Below are positions 46,571-56,705 of a stretch of 64,000 bases of DNA, piece by piece (position 1 is the first letter of the stretch; each line of letters begins with the position of its first letter). The DNA is from Chloroherpetonaceae bacterium (lineage in GTDB: Bacteria > Bacteroidota > Chlorobiia > Chlorobiales > Thermochlorobacteraceae). Position numbers and translations under genes: made by a program. The stretch covers positions 22,063-86,062 of the forward strand of contig JBKBRB010000002.1 in NCBI GenBank assembly GCA_046292465.1. The letters run 5' to 3'. The notes under the pieces were generated by a model. It did no database searches. It was not told where the DNA came from and saw nothing but the letters and a program-made list of their open reading frames with translations.

Positions 46571-47614
46571 ATGCGCTTCCTAAAACTTACCTTGCTTCTG
46601 CTGACGATGACGGTGCCGCTCTCCGCACAGGTTCAATTTGACCGTGCTCAAAGTCGCCTTTTAGTCGACCCTGCTCAAATGACGGTAGCGGCATTTGCTT
46701 CAATCGTTCTTGATGGGAACATTCCAACTGGTGCGCCGAACGTGTTTTTGGTTGCATACCAAAACAACGGACAGCCTGTCCCGACTCGCCTTTCTTTGAA
46801 ATTCTCACGAAACGGACAACTCATTGGCTCAGGTCTTAGCCCTTGGGTTCCAAACTTTAGCGGCTCTGTGCGTCATACCAACAACACGCTTGCCAGTGGT
46901 CCATGGCGTCTGAGCGGCAAAACCGAAGATGCCTCACGCGATTTGCTTCGCGATATTATCACAAAAGCGGGCGGGCGGTTTCCATCAGGCACTTATACCA
47001 TACTCTTTGAGTTGTTTACCAACAACAACGATTTGACGCCGGTTGATGCAATTCCGCTAACCTTCGTGATTCAAAATCAACAAGAAGCGTATATCGATTT
47101 AATTTATCCGACGGCAGGCATTGAGCCAACGGAAATCAGCAATCCTTATCCAACGATTCGTTGGCAAGGCAATGCGACCTCCTATCGCGTGCGGATTTTC
47201 CAAGATCCGACGTTTTCTGCCAACATCGCGCTCGTGCGCAACACCGTGCCGATGGTTGATGAAAACGTTGCTTCGCCAAGCTACCAATATCCAACAGGTG
47301 GCGTGCGTCAGTTGCAAGCCGGTCAGCAATATGTGCTCTTGATTGAAGGCGAAATTGGGGGAGGCAGACGCGCGGAAGCCATTGCAGTGTTCCGTATGTC
47401 GGAAAACCTTTCGGGCACGAGTGCATCAGCAACCAATAGCCCTGCTGTTTCCGACGAAATTCGTCGCCTCTTGCTCGAGAAATATGGTTCAGGCGCGCCC
47501 GATTGGCTTCGCGACCCGCGCACGCGCTTCGTCTCATTTGACGGTCCAATTGAAGGCGTTCAATACACCAACAGCACCGACGGCGAAGCACTCGCTCGAG
47601 CCCTAAGCAAGTAA
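46571..47614 (+). CDS. Secreted hypothetical protein with Ig/Fn3-like beta-sandwich regions
   Basis: Signal peptide ending LSA-Q; PSGTYTILFEL; IDLIYP..PTIRWQG..YRVRIF..LQAGQQY. Confidence 0.7.
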   Translation: MRFLKLTLLLLTMTVPLSAQVQFDRAQSRLLVDPAQMTVAAFASIVLDGNIPTGAPNVFLVAYQNNGQPVPTRLSLKFSRNGQLIGSGLSPWVPNFSGSVRHTNNTLASGPWRLSGKTEDASRDLLRDIITKAGGRFPSGTYTILFELFTNNNDLTPVDAIPLTFVIQNQQEAYIDLIYPTAGIEPTEISNPYPTIRWQGNATSYRVRIFQDPTFSANIALVRNTVPMVDENVASPSYQYPTGGVRQLQAGQQYVLLIEGEIGGGRRAEAIAVFRMSENLSGTSASATNSPAVSDEIRRLLLEKYGSGAPDWLRDPRTRFVSFDGPIEGVQYTNSTDGEALARALSK

Positions 47615-47630
47615 TGAGGAGGAACCAACA

Positions 47631-48359
47631 ATGAAACCCTTAAACGCACTATCTATGAACCGAATTATTTTAAGCACGCTCGCCCTGCTCTTTTCTGCGA
47701 GCCTTGCAACCGCAAACACGAACAAGACAAAATCGTCTGAACCCAATCGCACACCTGTTGCCGATGTCGCGATTGTGATTAAAACGGTCAAAGATGTTCA
47801 AGCCAAGATTGGAAATATGCCGTTCAAGCCCGCGCAACGCGGTCAGAACTTGAACTCTGGCGATGCCGTCAAAACTGGCGATAAATCATTCTCGATTCTG
47901 CGCTTCGTTGACGGCTCAGTGATTCGCATTCAAGAAAATTCAGAAATCAAAGTGCGCGGCGAAAAAGCCGACGGCAAAATGGAAAAGACCGTCGACATCA
48001 ACTTTGGCAAACTTGGTTTCAACATCAAGCAAAAGCCGGGCGAACAGTTCCGCTTCACTTCCCCAACTTCGGTTGCGTCTATCAAAGGCACAAATGGCGC
48101 ATACACCAGCGACAGCGAAGGTTCTTCGCTCACGATTGTTGAAGGCAAAGGTGAATTCGAAACCAAAGACGGAAAAAAGTTCGAAGTCAATTCAGGAGAA
48201 ACCGCTTTCGTTGATAACAAAGGTCAATCAGGAAAGCGCAAAGCCACACAAAACGAACTTAACAGCGCAACCACCAGCACCAAAACTGGTCCGTTCAAGG
48301 TTCGCTTCTTTGACGCCGACGGCAACGAGCGCATTATTGAAATCCCCGAGCAAAACTAA
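47631..48359 (+). CDS. Secreted FecR-domain protein
   Basis: Signal peptide; LNSGDAVKTG..FVDGSVIRIQENS..SPTSVASIKGT; GGAGG RBS. Confidence 0.78.
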   Translation: MKPLNALSMNRIILSTLALLFSASLATANTNKTKSSEPNRTPVADVAIVIKTVKDVQAKIGNMPFKPAQRGQNLNSGDAVKTGDKSFSILRFVDGSVIRIQENSEIKVRGEKADGKMEKTVDINFGKLGFNIKQKPGEQFRFTSPTSVASIKGTNGAYTSDSEGSSLTIVEGKGEFETKDGKKFEVNSGETAFVDNKGQSGKRKATQNELNSATTSTKTGPFKVRFFDADGNERIIEIPEQN

Positions 48360-48387
48360 CAGCGGCTTTTCACGCCGATAGTTCTCA

Positions 48388-48418
48388 CAAAAGCGTCTGC
48401 CACAAACAGACGCTTTTG
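48388..48418. terminator. Intrinsic (possibly bidirectional) terminator
   Basis: caaaagcgtctg-ccacaaa-cagacgcttttg, perfect 12-bp stem. Confidence 0.8.
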
Positions 48419-48440
48419 TATTTTAGGCAAATGATTTTCT

Positions 48441-49412
48441 ATGACGCTTTCAACGCGAAACTGTTCTCATCGAATAAAAGCGCGCGCGCTTGAATTGGGA
48501 TTTTCCGCCGTAGGCATTTCACGCGCCGAAGCCCTTTCCGATGAAGCGCGAAAGTTAGAGCAATGGCTTGCAAAAGGCATGCACGGCGAAATGCGCTATA
48601 TGGAAGAAAATTTTGAAAAGCGCGTGAACCCCAAAGTTCTCATGCCCGAAGCCAAATCCGTTGTTTCTGTGCTTGCCAATTACTTCCCTTCCGACCTTTC
48701 TCCTTCCACCAATGGCAAAATTTCCATCTACGCACAAAGCAAAGACTATCACATCGTTGTCAAATCAAAATTGCAAACCCTCTTCTCGTTTGTCTGCGAC
48801 TTGGTCGGAAATGTGAATGGACGCGCTTTTGTCGACTCTGCTCCGACAATGGATAAAGTCCTTGCACAGCGTTCAGGCTTGGGCTGGATTGGCAAACACA
48901 CGAACCTCATTTCTCGACGGCTCGGCTCGTTTTTTTTCATCGGAAACTTACTGCTCGACTGCGAACTCGATTATGACGCCCCCTACCTTCAAAACTACTG
49001 CGGCACTTGCACTGCTTGCATTGACCTCTGCCCAACACACGCCATCACGCACGACGGTCAAGTCGACGCTCGCAAGTGCATTTCCTACCTGACCATCGAA
49101 CTTAAACGCAACTTCACCGACGAAGAAAAATCCATGCTCGGCGAATGGCTTTTTGGGTGCGACATTTGTCAAGACGTCTGCCCTTGGAATCGCTTTTCAA
49201 AGCCAACCGCCATTTCTGAATTTCAGCCCAAACCCGAAGTTCAACGCCTTTCCGCCGACGATATTTTAGACCTCACCAAATCTTCTTTTCAGCGCATCTT
49301 TGGCGAAACGCCTGTGTTCAGAACAGGACTGCGCCGCTTGAAGCGCAATGCCGAAGCCGTCAAAGAAAATTTGCGTTCTGAAACGTTGCGTTCAAATGGT
49401 GAAGCACCTTAA
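48441..49412 (+). CDS. queG: tRNA epoxyqueuosine reductase
   Basis: GMHGEMRYM, DYH, VDSAP, CGTCTACIDLCPT, CISYLTIE, GCDICQDVCPWN. Confidence 0.93.
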   Translation: MTLSTRNCSHRIKARALELGFSAVGISRAEALSDEARKLEQWLAKGMHGEMRYMEENFEKRVNPKVLMPEAKSVVSVLANYFPSDLSPSTNGKISIYAQSKDYHIVVKSKLQTLFSFVCDLVGNVNGRAFVDSAPTMDKVLAQRSGLGWIGKHTNLISRRLGSFFFIGNLLLDCELDYDAPYLQNYCGTCTACIDLCPTHAITHDGQVDARKCISYLTIELKRNFTDEEKSMLGEWLFGCDICQDVCPWNRFSKPTAISEFQPKPEVQRLSADDILDLTKSSFQRIFGETPVFRTGLRRLKRNAEAVKENLRSETLRSNGEAP

Positions 49413-51392
49413 CGAAGGTATTGCTTGAATCGCTGTGGCGGGTCAATGTTGAGTTCTTTGTTGAAAGCGGTTTTGCACTCGTCGTAAAGTTTTTTGAGTT
49501 CGGCTGTTTGATTTGTTTTGACGAAGAGCTGAAAGAGTTGTTCATAAACAGGCTCATAGATTCTATCCATTTCCAATATCCGCCGCCCGATTGAAATCGC
49601 CTCTTGATACCTTTCTTCTTTTTGATAAATCGCTCCCAACTCTATTGCGGCAGAGAAAAATTTTTCATTTAGCGATTCGCGCTCAAATGCCGCCCAATCT
49701 TCGAATGCGTCTTCACTAAGAAAATAGCCTTGATACATCTGAACGGCTTGCTCTAACTTTTTTTCTTTTGCTTTGCCACTTTCTTTTTTCGCCGCGTTTA
49801 GGAGCGACTTAAACTCAATGAAATCAATGTTCGCTTCTTCTGCGAAGTCGAGCATGTAGGCATGGTCTCGGTTGGTGAGGTATCGCGAGGGTTGATAGGC
49901 AGAAAGCGTTGGCTCTAAGGCTTTTCGAAGATGAGAGATAGTTGTTTTGAGTGCAGTTGCAATTTCTCGTGGATTGCTTTGCCAGAGTTGTTCAGCGAGT
50001 TCTTCCGTTGTTACGATTTTTGTTCAACGCTTGCGCGAATTGCTTCTTGAAAAGAAGTGAGTTCGCTTGTTGGAATTCCGTATTTTTCCGCGTCGCGCCG
50101 GGCTTTTTCAAGTTCATACTTTTCAATCACGGCTTTGGTTTTTTGCTTTTCGTCTTCGCCGAAGATTTCTTCTTTGAGTTTTTGCTCCTGCTCTTTGAAC
50201 ACATTGCTTTTCTCGGTTTCTCCCAACCGTTCATAAATGCGTTTGAATTCCGTTAAGATTGCGAGTTGATTTTTCTTTGAGCCTAATTCTTCGGCAAGTG
50301 CATTGGCTTTTTCAAGCACGATTAAAGCGTTGGTTAATTCACCTTTGGACGCCAGAATGTTTGCAAGTCCCGTTTGAATCTCGACGGTGAGAATTTTATT
50401 TCCGATTTGCTCGGCAATCGCAAGCGCGGTTTGAAAATAAGGTTCAGCGGAAGCAAAATCTTTCATTGAGGCATAGTCAATGCCTAAGTTCCATGCGGCT
50501 TGCGAATGTTCTTTTTGATAGCCAATCGTTTCTGCAACAGATAAGCTTTTTCGGTGATAGCGAATCGCGTTTGCGTAATCGCCAAGCGCACGATAACGAT
50601 TTCGACGTTGTTCAGACAAACGGAAATGTTGCGCTTATCGCCAATAGTTTCGTAAATGGAAAGCCCTTCGAGTTCGTAAGCCAATGCGGTTGCGTGCTCG
50701 CCCATTGCGCCGTAGACCGTTCCGATATTTGCTAGCGAAGCGGCTTGGCTGTGTCTGATTCCTAAATCTTCCGATGCGTTTAGACTTTCAAAGAGGTATT
50801 CAAGCGCGTTGCGATACTCACCGATGTTGAAGTAAATCGCGGCAAGATTATTGGCAACGCGAGCATATCCGCGCTTATCGCGCAGTTTTTCATAAATCGC
50901 AAAACATTTGAAGTATGCCGCCGCCGCCTCGTCTTTCTTGCCCAAGTTTTCTTGCACAATCGCAAGGTGCATCATTGCATCAGCAATACTTTTTGAGTGA
51001 TTGATCGATTGCGCGATTTGAATACTTTGTGAGAGTTTCTCGATAGCCTGTGCATAACGCCCTTGATTACAAAGCGTCATGCCTTCGAGGCGAAGTGCGG
51101 CGCACAATCCTAATTTATTGTTGATGGCTTCAAACTGCTGTTGGGTTAGGCGAGCGGCATTGAGCGTTACCGAGTAGTCGGCGCGGAAATAGGAGGCAAA
51201 GCCTTCAATCCAATCGCACCATATCAGAGTGGGTTCATCGTTTTCGGCAAGTGCTTGCTTGCGTGCTTCTTGCATCAGGTTCAGCGCGATTTGCATGTCT
51301 TCCTGCATTCGCGCGATTGCCTGCGCAACTCTCGCATTCAGTTCAGCAGTCGGTTTTTCGTTGATTCTCGCTCTCGGCTTTTGCTTCGCCAT
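49409..51392 (-). pseudogene. Disrupted TPR + winged-helix + BTAD (SARP-like) regulator
   Basis: 1-nt frameshift near 50604 (CLNNV/NRYRALGDY). A second frame change near 50020 leads into KIVTTEELAEQLW..ISHLRKALEP, contiguous with the BTAD ORF 49409-49855 (YQGYFL..EDWA..ERE). Confidence 0.75.
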
Positions 51393-51435
51393 TTCCCTTG
51401 ATTACGGGTTTTGCATTGCTTTTTGAGCAACCTAT

Positions 51436-51816
51436 TTAAGCGTCTTTATTTCGCATAAAATCTGCGGTTCTGAAAAAGGCTTGCTCGAGCGTTTGGCAGA
51501 GTTCTTCCGACAGATTGATTTTTTTCATGGCTTCTTTCATGCAGAGCATCCATTGGTCGCGCTCTTCTTCACCGATAGGGAACGGCAAGTGTCGCGCTCG
51601 CAAACGCGGGTGTCCGTATTTCTTGATGTAGAGCGGCTCTCCGCCAAGCCAGCCTGAAAGAAACATAAAGAGTTTTTCTCGAGAAACACGTAAATCTTTG
51701 GGGTGAAGGTTTCGGATTTTCTTGGCGCGTGGGTCGGTGTCCATGATGTCGTAGAATGTGTCGACGAGCTGACGCACTTTTGCTTCGCCGCCGAGTTGTT
51801 CATAAAGCGTTGTCAT
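51436..51816 (-). CDS. Group II truncated hemoglobin (GlbO-like)
   Basis: LYEQLGG..LVDTFY, WLGG, GHPRLRARHLPFPIG..RDQW. Confidence 0.9.
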   Translation of the reverse strand: MTTLYEQLGGEAKVRQLVDTFYDIMDTDPRAKKIRNLHPKDLRVSREKLFMFLSGWLGGEPLYIKKYGHPRLRARHLPFPIGEEERDQWMLCMKEAMKKINLSEELCQTLEQAFFRTADFMRNKDA

Positions 51817-51884
51817 GTCTTGAAAAGACTTTATTTTGCGTTTTAACCGATTCAATCAACATTTTTCCAATTTCTACTCGAGCA

Positions 51885-53318
51885 ATGCCATCTCGCCGTG
51901 ATGTTCTCAAAACCACTTCGTTTGCCTTGACAGGATTTGCACTTGGAATTAACGATTTCAAATTTTCAGATACGTTCAAAAGCAATCGCCCCGAACGAAA
52001 TCGGCGCAAATTTACGAGCGATTCCGTTGATGCCACCATTGAACGCATGAAAAAAACAATCGCCGATAAAGAACTGGCTTGGCTTTTTGAAAACTGTTTT
52101 CCCAACACGCTCGACACCACGATTGCGCATCATGGTAAGTTAAACGGCAAACTCGATACCTTTGTCATCACAGGCGATATTCCTGCCATGTGGCTTCGCG
52201 ACTCGACCGCACAAGTAACGCCCTACATTCCGCTTTGCAAAGACGACCGTGCCTTGCAGAGCCTAATTCTCGGCGTCATCAATCGCCAAACCAACTGCAT
52301 CTTGATTGACCCTTACGCAAATGCTTTCAATTACGACAACAAAGAACAATCGCGCTGGCATCAAGATAAAACTGCCATGCGCAACGAACTGCACGAGCGC
52401 AAATGGGAAATCGATTCGCTTTGCTACGCCATTCGCCTCGCTTATCTCTATTGGAAAGCCACAGGCGACTCATCGTTTATGGATAAAGATTGGCAGGCGG
52501 CAATGAAACGCATTTACGATGTCTTTCGCGAACAGCAACGCTTGCACGACGACGGCTCGTATCGATTCAAACGCGAATTTGCCGCTTGGTATGGCGACTT
52601 CATCGCCAATGACGGACTTGGACTTCCCACAAAAAAAGTCGGCTTAATTCACTCCGCTTTCCGCCCTTCCGACGACGCTTGTTTGTTTCCGTTTCTGATT
52701 CCTTCCAACTTCTTTGCAGTTGTCTCGCTTCGCCAACTTGCCGAAATGGTCTCTGTGGAATTGCGCGATAAAACCTTCGCAACTTCGTGCCGCGCGTTCG
52801 CCGATGAACTCGAGCAACTTCTTTACGAACACGGTAGAGCCTTTCATTTGAAGTATGGCTACTGCTACGCGTTTGAAACTGACGGATTCGGTAACCGCTA
52901 TTTTATGGACGATGGCAATTTGCCCTCGCTCATTTCGCTTCCGTATCTCGGTTGTGTTCCGATTGACGACGAAGTGTATCAAAACACGCGCAAGTTTATT
53001 TTATCTGACGACCACATGTATTACTTCAAAGGCGAAGCAGGTGAAGGCTACGGCGGACCGCACGCCGGTTGGGAAATGATTTGGCACTTGGGCGTCATTG
53101 CTGTTGCGCTTACCTCAACACGCGACGAGGAAATTTTGAAGCAACTGTGCATTCTCAAAACCACACACGCGGGCACAGGCTTCATGCACGAAGCCTTTCA
53201 CAAAGACGACGCCAAACGCTTCACACGCGCTTGGTTTGCATGGGCAAATACGCTCTTCGGCGAACTGCTCTTGAAACTCGAAAAAGAACGCCCGCACTTA
53301 CTGCGCCAATCTATGTGA
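51885..53318 (+). CDS. Glycoside hydrolase family 125 (exo-alpha-1,6-mannosidase-like), Tat signal
   Basis: Start MPSRRDVLK; FPNTLDTT, TGDIPAMWLRDS, ERKWEIDSL, FRPSDD, TRAWFAWAN. Confidence 0.88.
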   Translation: MPSRRDVLKTTSFALTGFALGINDFKFSDTFKSNRPERNRRKFTSDSVDATIERMKKTIADKELAWLFENCFPNTLDTTIAHHGKLNGKLDTFVITGDIPAMWLRDSTAQVTPYIPLCKDDRALQSLILGVINRQTNCILIDPYANAFNYDNKEQSRWHQDKTAMRNELHERKWEIDSLCYAIRLAYLYWKATGDSSFMDKDWQAAMKRIYDVFREQQRLHDDGSYRFKREFAAWYGDFIANDGLGLPTKKVGLIHSAFRPSDDACLFPFLIPSNFFAVVSLRQLAEMVSVELRDKTFATSCRAFADELEQLLYEHGRAFHLKYGYCYAFETDGFGNRYFMDDGNLPSLISLPYLGCVPIDDEVYQNTRKFILSDDHMYYFKGEAGEGYGGPHAGWEMIWHLGVIAVALTSTRDEEILKQLCILKTTHAGTGFMHEAFHKDDAKRFTRAWFAWANTLFGELLLKLEKERPHLLRQSM

Positions 53319-53385
53319 AAATTTGGTGTTTTAGTTCTTGACTTTCCACTTTGCGCAAAGTCTCTATTCTCGCTGTAAGCGTCTG

Positions 53386-53775
53386 CTACAGTTGTCTGAC
53401 GAGTGAAATGCCAAAATAGGTCGCAAGAAAACAGACAACGAGGGAGCCTGCAATGTTTAGGAAAGCGGCGAAGTATTTTCCGTTCAGAAGCAGTTCAACA
53501 GTTTCAAAACTGAATGTGGAAAATGTGGTCAATCCGCCTAAGAAGCCTGTTGTGAGTGCGATTCGCAATGTTGGAGAAATCACACTGCCGCGCAAGGCAA
53601 CTTCAAAAATAATTCCGATGATAAACGAGCCAATGATATTGACGGCGAGCGTGCCATATGGGAAGGCTTTTCCGAGCCATGCGTTTAGCCCGCTTGAAAT
53701 CAAGTAGCGTGAAATACACCCTGCTCCACCGAACAAACCAATCAAAAGAAGTGTGAACGCTTTACTTTGCTCCAT
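53386..53775 (-). CDS. crcB: Fluoride efflux channel Fluc
   Basis: GG.G..SRY, PYGTLAVNIIG, TGFLGGLTTFSTFSFE. Confidence 0.92.
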   Translation of the reverse strand: MEQSKAFTLLLIGLFGGAGCISRYLISSGLNAWLGKAFPYGTLAVNIIGSFIIGIIFEVALRGSVISPTLRIALTTGFLGGLTTFSTFSFETVELLLNGKYFAAFLNIAGSLVVCFLATYFGISLVRQL

Positions 53776-53778
53776 CTC

Positions 53779-53991
53779 TCAATCTTTACTTTCTCGCTGC
53801 TTGCGCTGATAAACGATTTCTTCGTAAATACTGATGAGTTCGTTGTAAATCCCAATGCCGATAATGGTTGGTGCCCAAAGTCCAACGAAAATGCCAGCAA
53901 GTTCATGGTTAGGGCTTGTTGCAAAGACAAAAAGGTAAATTGAAAGTGCGATTGAAATTCCTGCACCTAAGAAATAGTAAATCGGCTTCAT
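53779..53991 (-). CDS. Small two-TM membrane protein
   Basis: 70 aa; GIFVGLWAPTIIGIG; ends 3 bp before the crcB start. Confidence 0.65.
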   Translation of the reverse strand: MKPIYYFLGAGISIALSIYLFVFATSPNHELAGIFVGLWAPTIIGIGIYNELISIYEEIVYQRKQRESKD

Positions 53992-54091
53992 GAGTTTTGC
54001 TTGGATTGATACAGTTTAAGAATTTAAGCAAGATTCGGTTCAGTTTTGTAACTTCGTTCAAGGCTTTTTACAACTCAAACATATTCCACAC

Positions 54092-54397
54092 ATGAAGGTT
54101 TTATTTTTTGTTCTCGCGCTTTTCGTCTTTATCGGTTGTGGCTCTGAAAAAAAAGAAGCCCCAAAAGCCAATGTCGTGAAAGTTTCTTTTAAGATTGACG
54201 GAATGGTCTGTTCGAGCTGCGAAAAATCGATTGAATCGAAACTGACCAAAATTGACGGCGTAAAGTCTGTGAATGTGAGCCAAGAAGTTGGCAGTGCTGA
54301 TGTTGAGTTTGACGCATCCAAAATCAGCGCCGAAAAATTGATTGCAGATATCAGCGAATTAGGCTACAAAGCCTCTATCAAATCATCACAACAATAA
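54092..54397 (+). CDS. Heavy-metal-associated (HMA) domain lipoprotein
   Basis: Lipobox FIGC; GMVCSSC; LGY. Confidence 0.85.
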   Translation: MKVLFFVLALFVFIGCGSEKKEAPKANVVKVSFKIDGMVCSSCEKSIESKLTKIDGVKSVNVSQEVGSADVEFDASKISAEKLIADISELGYKASIKSSQQ

Positions 54398-54409
54398 TTA
54401 GTAGTTAGT

Positions 54410-54772
54410 ATGCAGAAAAACGAGTTTTACAAGGGGTTATTTTGGGGAACGCTTCTTGGGGCTGGAATCGGCACGGTAATGGGCATTTTGTTTGCACCGC
54501 GCAAAGGTGAAGACACACGTCGCGCCTTGTTCGAGAGCCTGAACGCAGGCTTAAACCCTGAACCTGATTTTCCGCTCGGCGATATGCCCGTTCCAAATGC
54601 TATTCCGCCCAAAGAAGGTGCAATGCCTGCTGATATAGAAAATGAAGCTAAACGCCGCGCCGACGACATCATCGACGAAGCACGCATCGAAGCACAACGC
54701 CTTATCCGTGAAGCCAATGCTCTGCTACGCGAAGCCGAAAAAGCAGGCAAAGGCAAAACAAACGGCTTGTAA
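54410..54772 (+). CDS. YtxH-domain protein
   Basis: GLFWGTLLGAGIG..GILFAPRKGEDTR. Confidence 0.8.
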   Translation: MQKNEFYKGLFWGTLLGAGIGTVMGILFAPRKGEDTRRALFESLNAGLNPEPDFPLGDMPVPNAIPPKEGAMPADIENEAKRRADDIIDEARIEAQRLIREANALLREAEKAGKGKTNGL

Positions 54773-54808
54773 TTTTTTGATTGAATCTCTTCAAAGGTTC
54801 ATTGGTAT

Positions 54809-55233
54809 ATGATTACGCTCGAAGAAGTCAAGGAAATGCAAATCAACGCACCAATGGAGCACCAAAGAGTGATTGCTAAACTCTTGACGCGCCTTGGCAG
54901 AATGTACTACGACCTCAAAACAATCTCCTCGAGCCGCTTCCTGAAACCATGCTTGATGAAACGAAAACAAGCCCCGTTCCCGATGTTATGCTCTGCGACC
55001 ATGTTCATGATACCGTTCCCGTAATTATCGAGGTTACACGAACTCGCACGGTGCAAGCCGACATGAGAAAAATCATTTCGCTTATCACAGCAGAGGAATA
55101 CGGCATTGTTGAAGGATTCGTTTATGATTACAAGAAAAACGAATGGCACAAGTATAAAAAGGAGACTGGAGAAGTAACGACCAACCCGTCGTTCTGCGAT
55201 ACGCTCAACTTAGGCTTAGCAACGCTTGTATGA
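54809..55233 (+). pseudogene. Frameshifted Uma2-like (PD-(D/E)XK) putative endonuclease
   Basis: APMEHQRVI..YYDLKTIS, then after a 1-nt shift near 54927, LEPLPETMLDE..PVPDV..VIIEVT..EGFVYDY. Confidence 0.65.
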
Positions 55234-55295
55234 CACCGATTACAACAGCACTCGCCCATTCTTCTATCAATCCTTAACCAACTGCTTCGCCGTTC

Positions 55296-56069
55296 ATGCT
55301 CACTTACGCCGCAAGAAATTTAGATAAGCGCGAAAAGGCTGTTATCCTTCTTCACGCCTTCCCGCTTTCTGCCGAAATGTGGTCGCGCCAACTTGATGCG
55401 CTTGCCGATAACGGCTACGCCGCGCTCGCACCAAATGCTTTCGGTTTCAACGATTCGCCACCCAAAGAAAATTGGACTTTTAACGACTACGCCGACGCGC
55501 TCAACGATTTGATGCACGCGCTCGAGATTTCACAAGCCACACTGGTTGGAATTTCAATGGGCGGATATAAAGCCTTCGCTTTTTGGAGAAAGTATCCCGA
55601 AAAAGTCCGCTCGCTCGTGCTTTGTGCTACACGTGCCGAAGCCGATTCACCCGAAGCCAAAGCGGCACGATACGAGTTTATCGATGCCGTTTTGAAAAAT
55701 GGCAAAGAAGAAGCCGTTACACGAATGATTCCTAAACTTCTTGGCGAAACGTCTCATCGCACGCGCCCTGAACTTGTCAAGCGCGTTGAATCTATTATTC
55801 GCCAGCAATCACCTGCTTCGATTGCTGAAACCCTTAAAGCCCTTGCTATGCGCGAAGATTCAACCTCGCTTCTTGCATCTATCACCGTGCCGACACTCGT
55901 TGTTGCAGGCGCGGAAGACGCCTTGATGAACGCCGCTGTTATGAAAGTCATTCACGATGACATTCCAAACAGCCAAATGAAAATCATCGACGGCGCAGGC
56001 CACTTACCGAACCTCGAGCAACCCGACATTTTTAACTTCTACCTTTTAGAACACCTGCACAAACTTTAA
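55296..56069 (+). CDS. Alpha/beta hydrolase
   Basis: LHAFPL, nucleophile GISMGG, GAED, AGHLPNLEQP. Confidence 0.9.
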   Translation: MLTYAARNLDKREKAVILLHAFPLSAEMWSRQLDALADNGYAALAPNAFGFNDSPPKENWTFNDYADALNDLMHALEISQATLVGISMGGYKAFAFWRKYPEKVRSLVLCATRAEADSPEAKAARYEFIDAVLKNGKEEAVTRMIPKLLGETSHRTRPELVKRVESIIRQQSPASIAETLKALAMREDSTSLLASITVPTLVVAGAEDALMNAAVMKVIHDDIPNSQMKIIDGAGHLPNLEQPDIFNFYLLEHLHKL

Positions 56070-56072
56070 CGC

Positions 56073-56705
56073 ATGTTTCTTTTCATTGAAGGCGCAACGC
56101 CTGCATTGAGCTTTGAAAATTTCTTGCTCACCTTTATTCCGCTCTTTGTTGCCATTGACGCGCCTGGCGCATTACCCATTTTCATTAGCCTTACCCAATC
56201 TTTTCCTGACAACAAACGTCGACGCCTCACGACACAAGCCGTGCTCACTGCCTTTGCGATTGCGATTGTGATTATGATTGGCGGACAGCAGATTTTTGGT
56301 TTTCTCGGCATTAGCATTTCTGACTTCCGAATTGCAGGCGGCTTAATTTTGCTCTTAATTGCCATTCGCGACTTGGTGCAATCGGGTGCCGATGAATCCA
56401 AACAGCCCGCTGACCCCGAAAATGTTAGCATCGTTCCGCTTGGCATTCCATTGATTGCTGGTCCTGCCGTACTGACCACATTGCTCATTCTCAACGACAC
56501 ATATGGCTTTTTGATGACGACGCTCTCGCTCATCTTGAACCTCGTGATTGTGTTTTTGCTCTTCTACTTTTCGGAGTATGCGCGAAACCTGATGGGACCA
56601 AACGGCGCGAAAGCCGTTGCCAAAGTTGCGTCGCTCTTCATGGCGGCAATCGCCGTGATGATGATTCGCGTCGGCATTTTAGATGTGATTGCGCAAATCA
56701 AGTAA
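56073..56705 (+). CDS. MarC family membrane protein
   Basis: PLFVAIDAPG, FRIAGG, IVPLGIPLIAGP. Confidence 0.88.
   Translation: MFLFIEGATPALSFENFLLTFIPLFVAIDAPGALPIFISLTQSFPDNKRRRLTTQAVLTAFAIAIVIMIGGQQIFGFLGISISDFRIAGGLILLLIAIRDLVQSGADESKQPADPENVSIVPLGIPLIAGPAVLTTLLILNDTYGFLMTTLSLILNLVIVFLLFYFSEYARNLMGPNGAKAVAKVASLFMAAIAVMMIRVGILDVIAQIK

Noticed and set aside
53992-54091. Fluoride riboswitch upstream of the crcB operon
   Set aside because: No GGCGAUGG..CUGAUG-type consensus seen on the minus strand.
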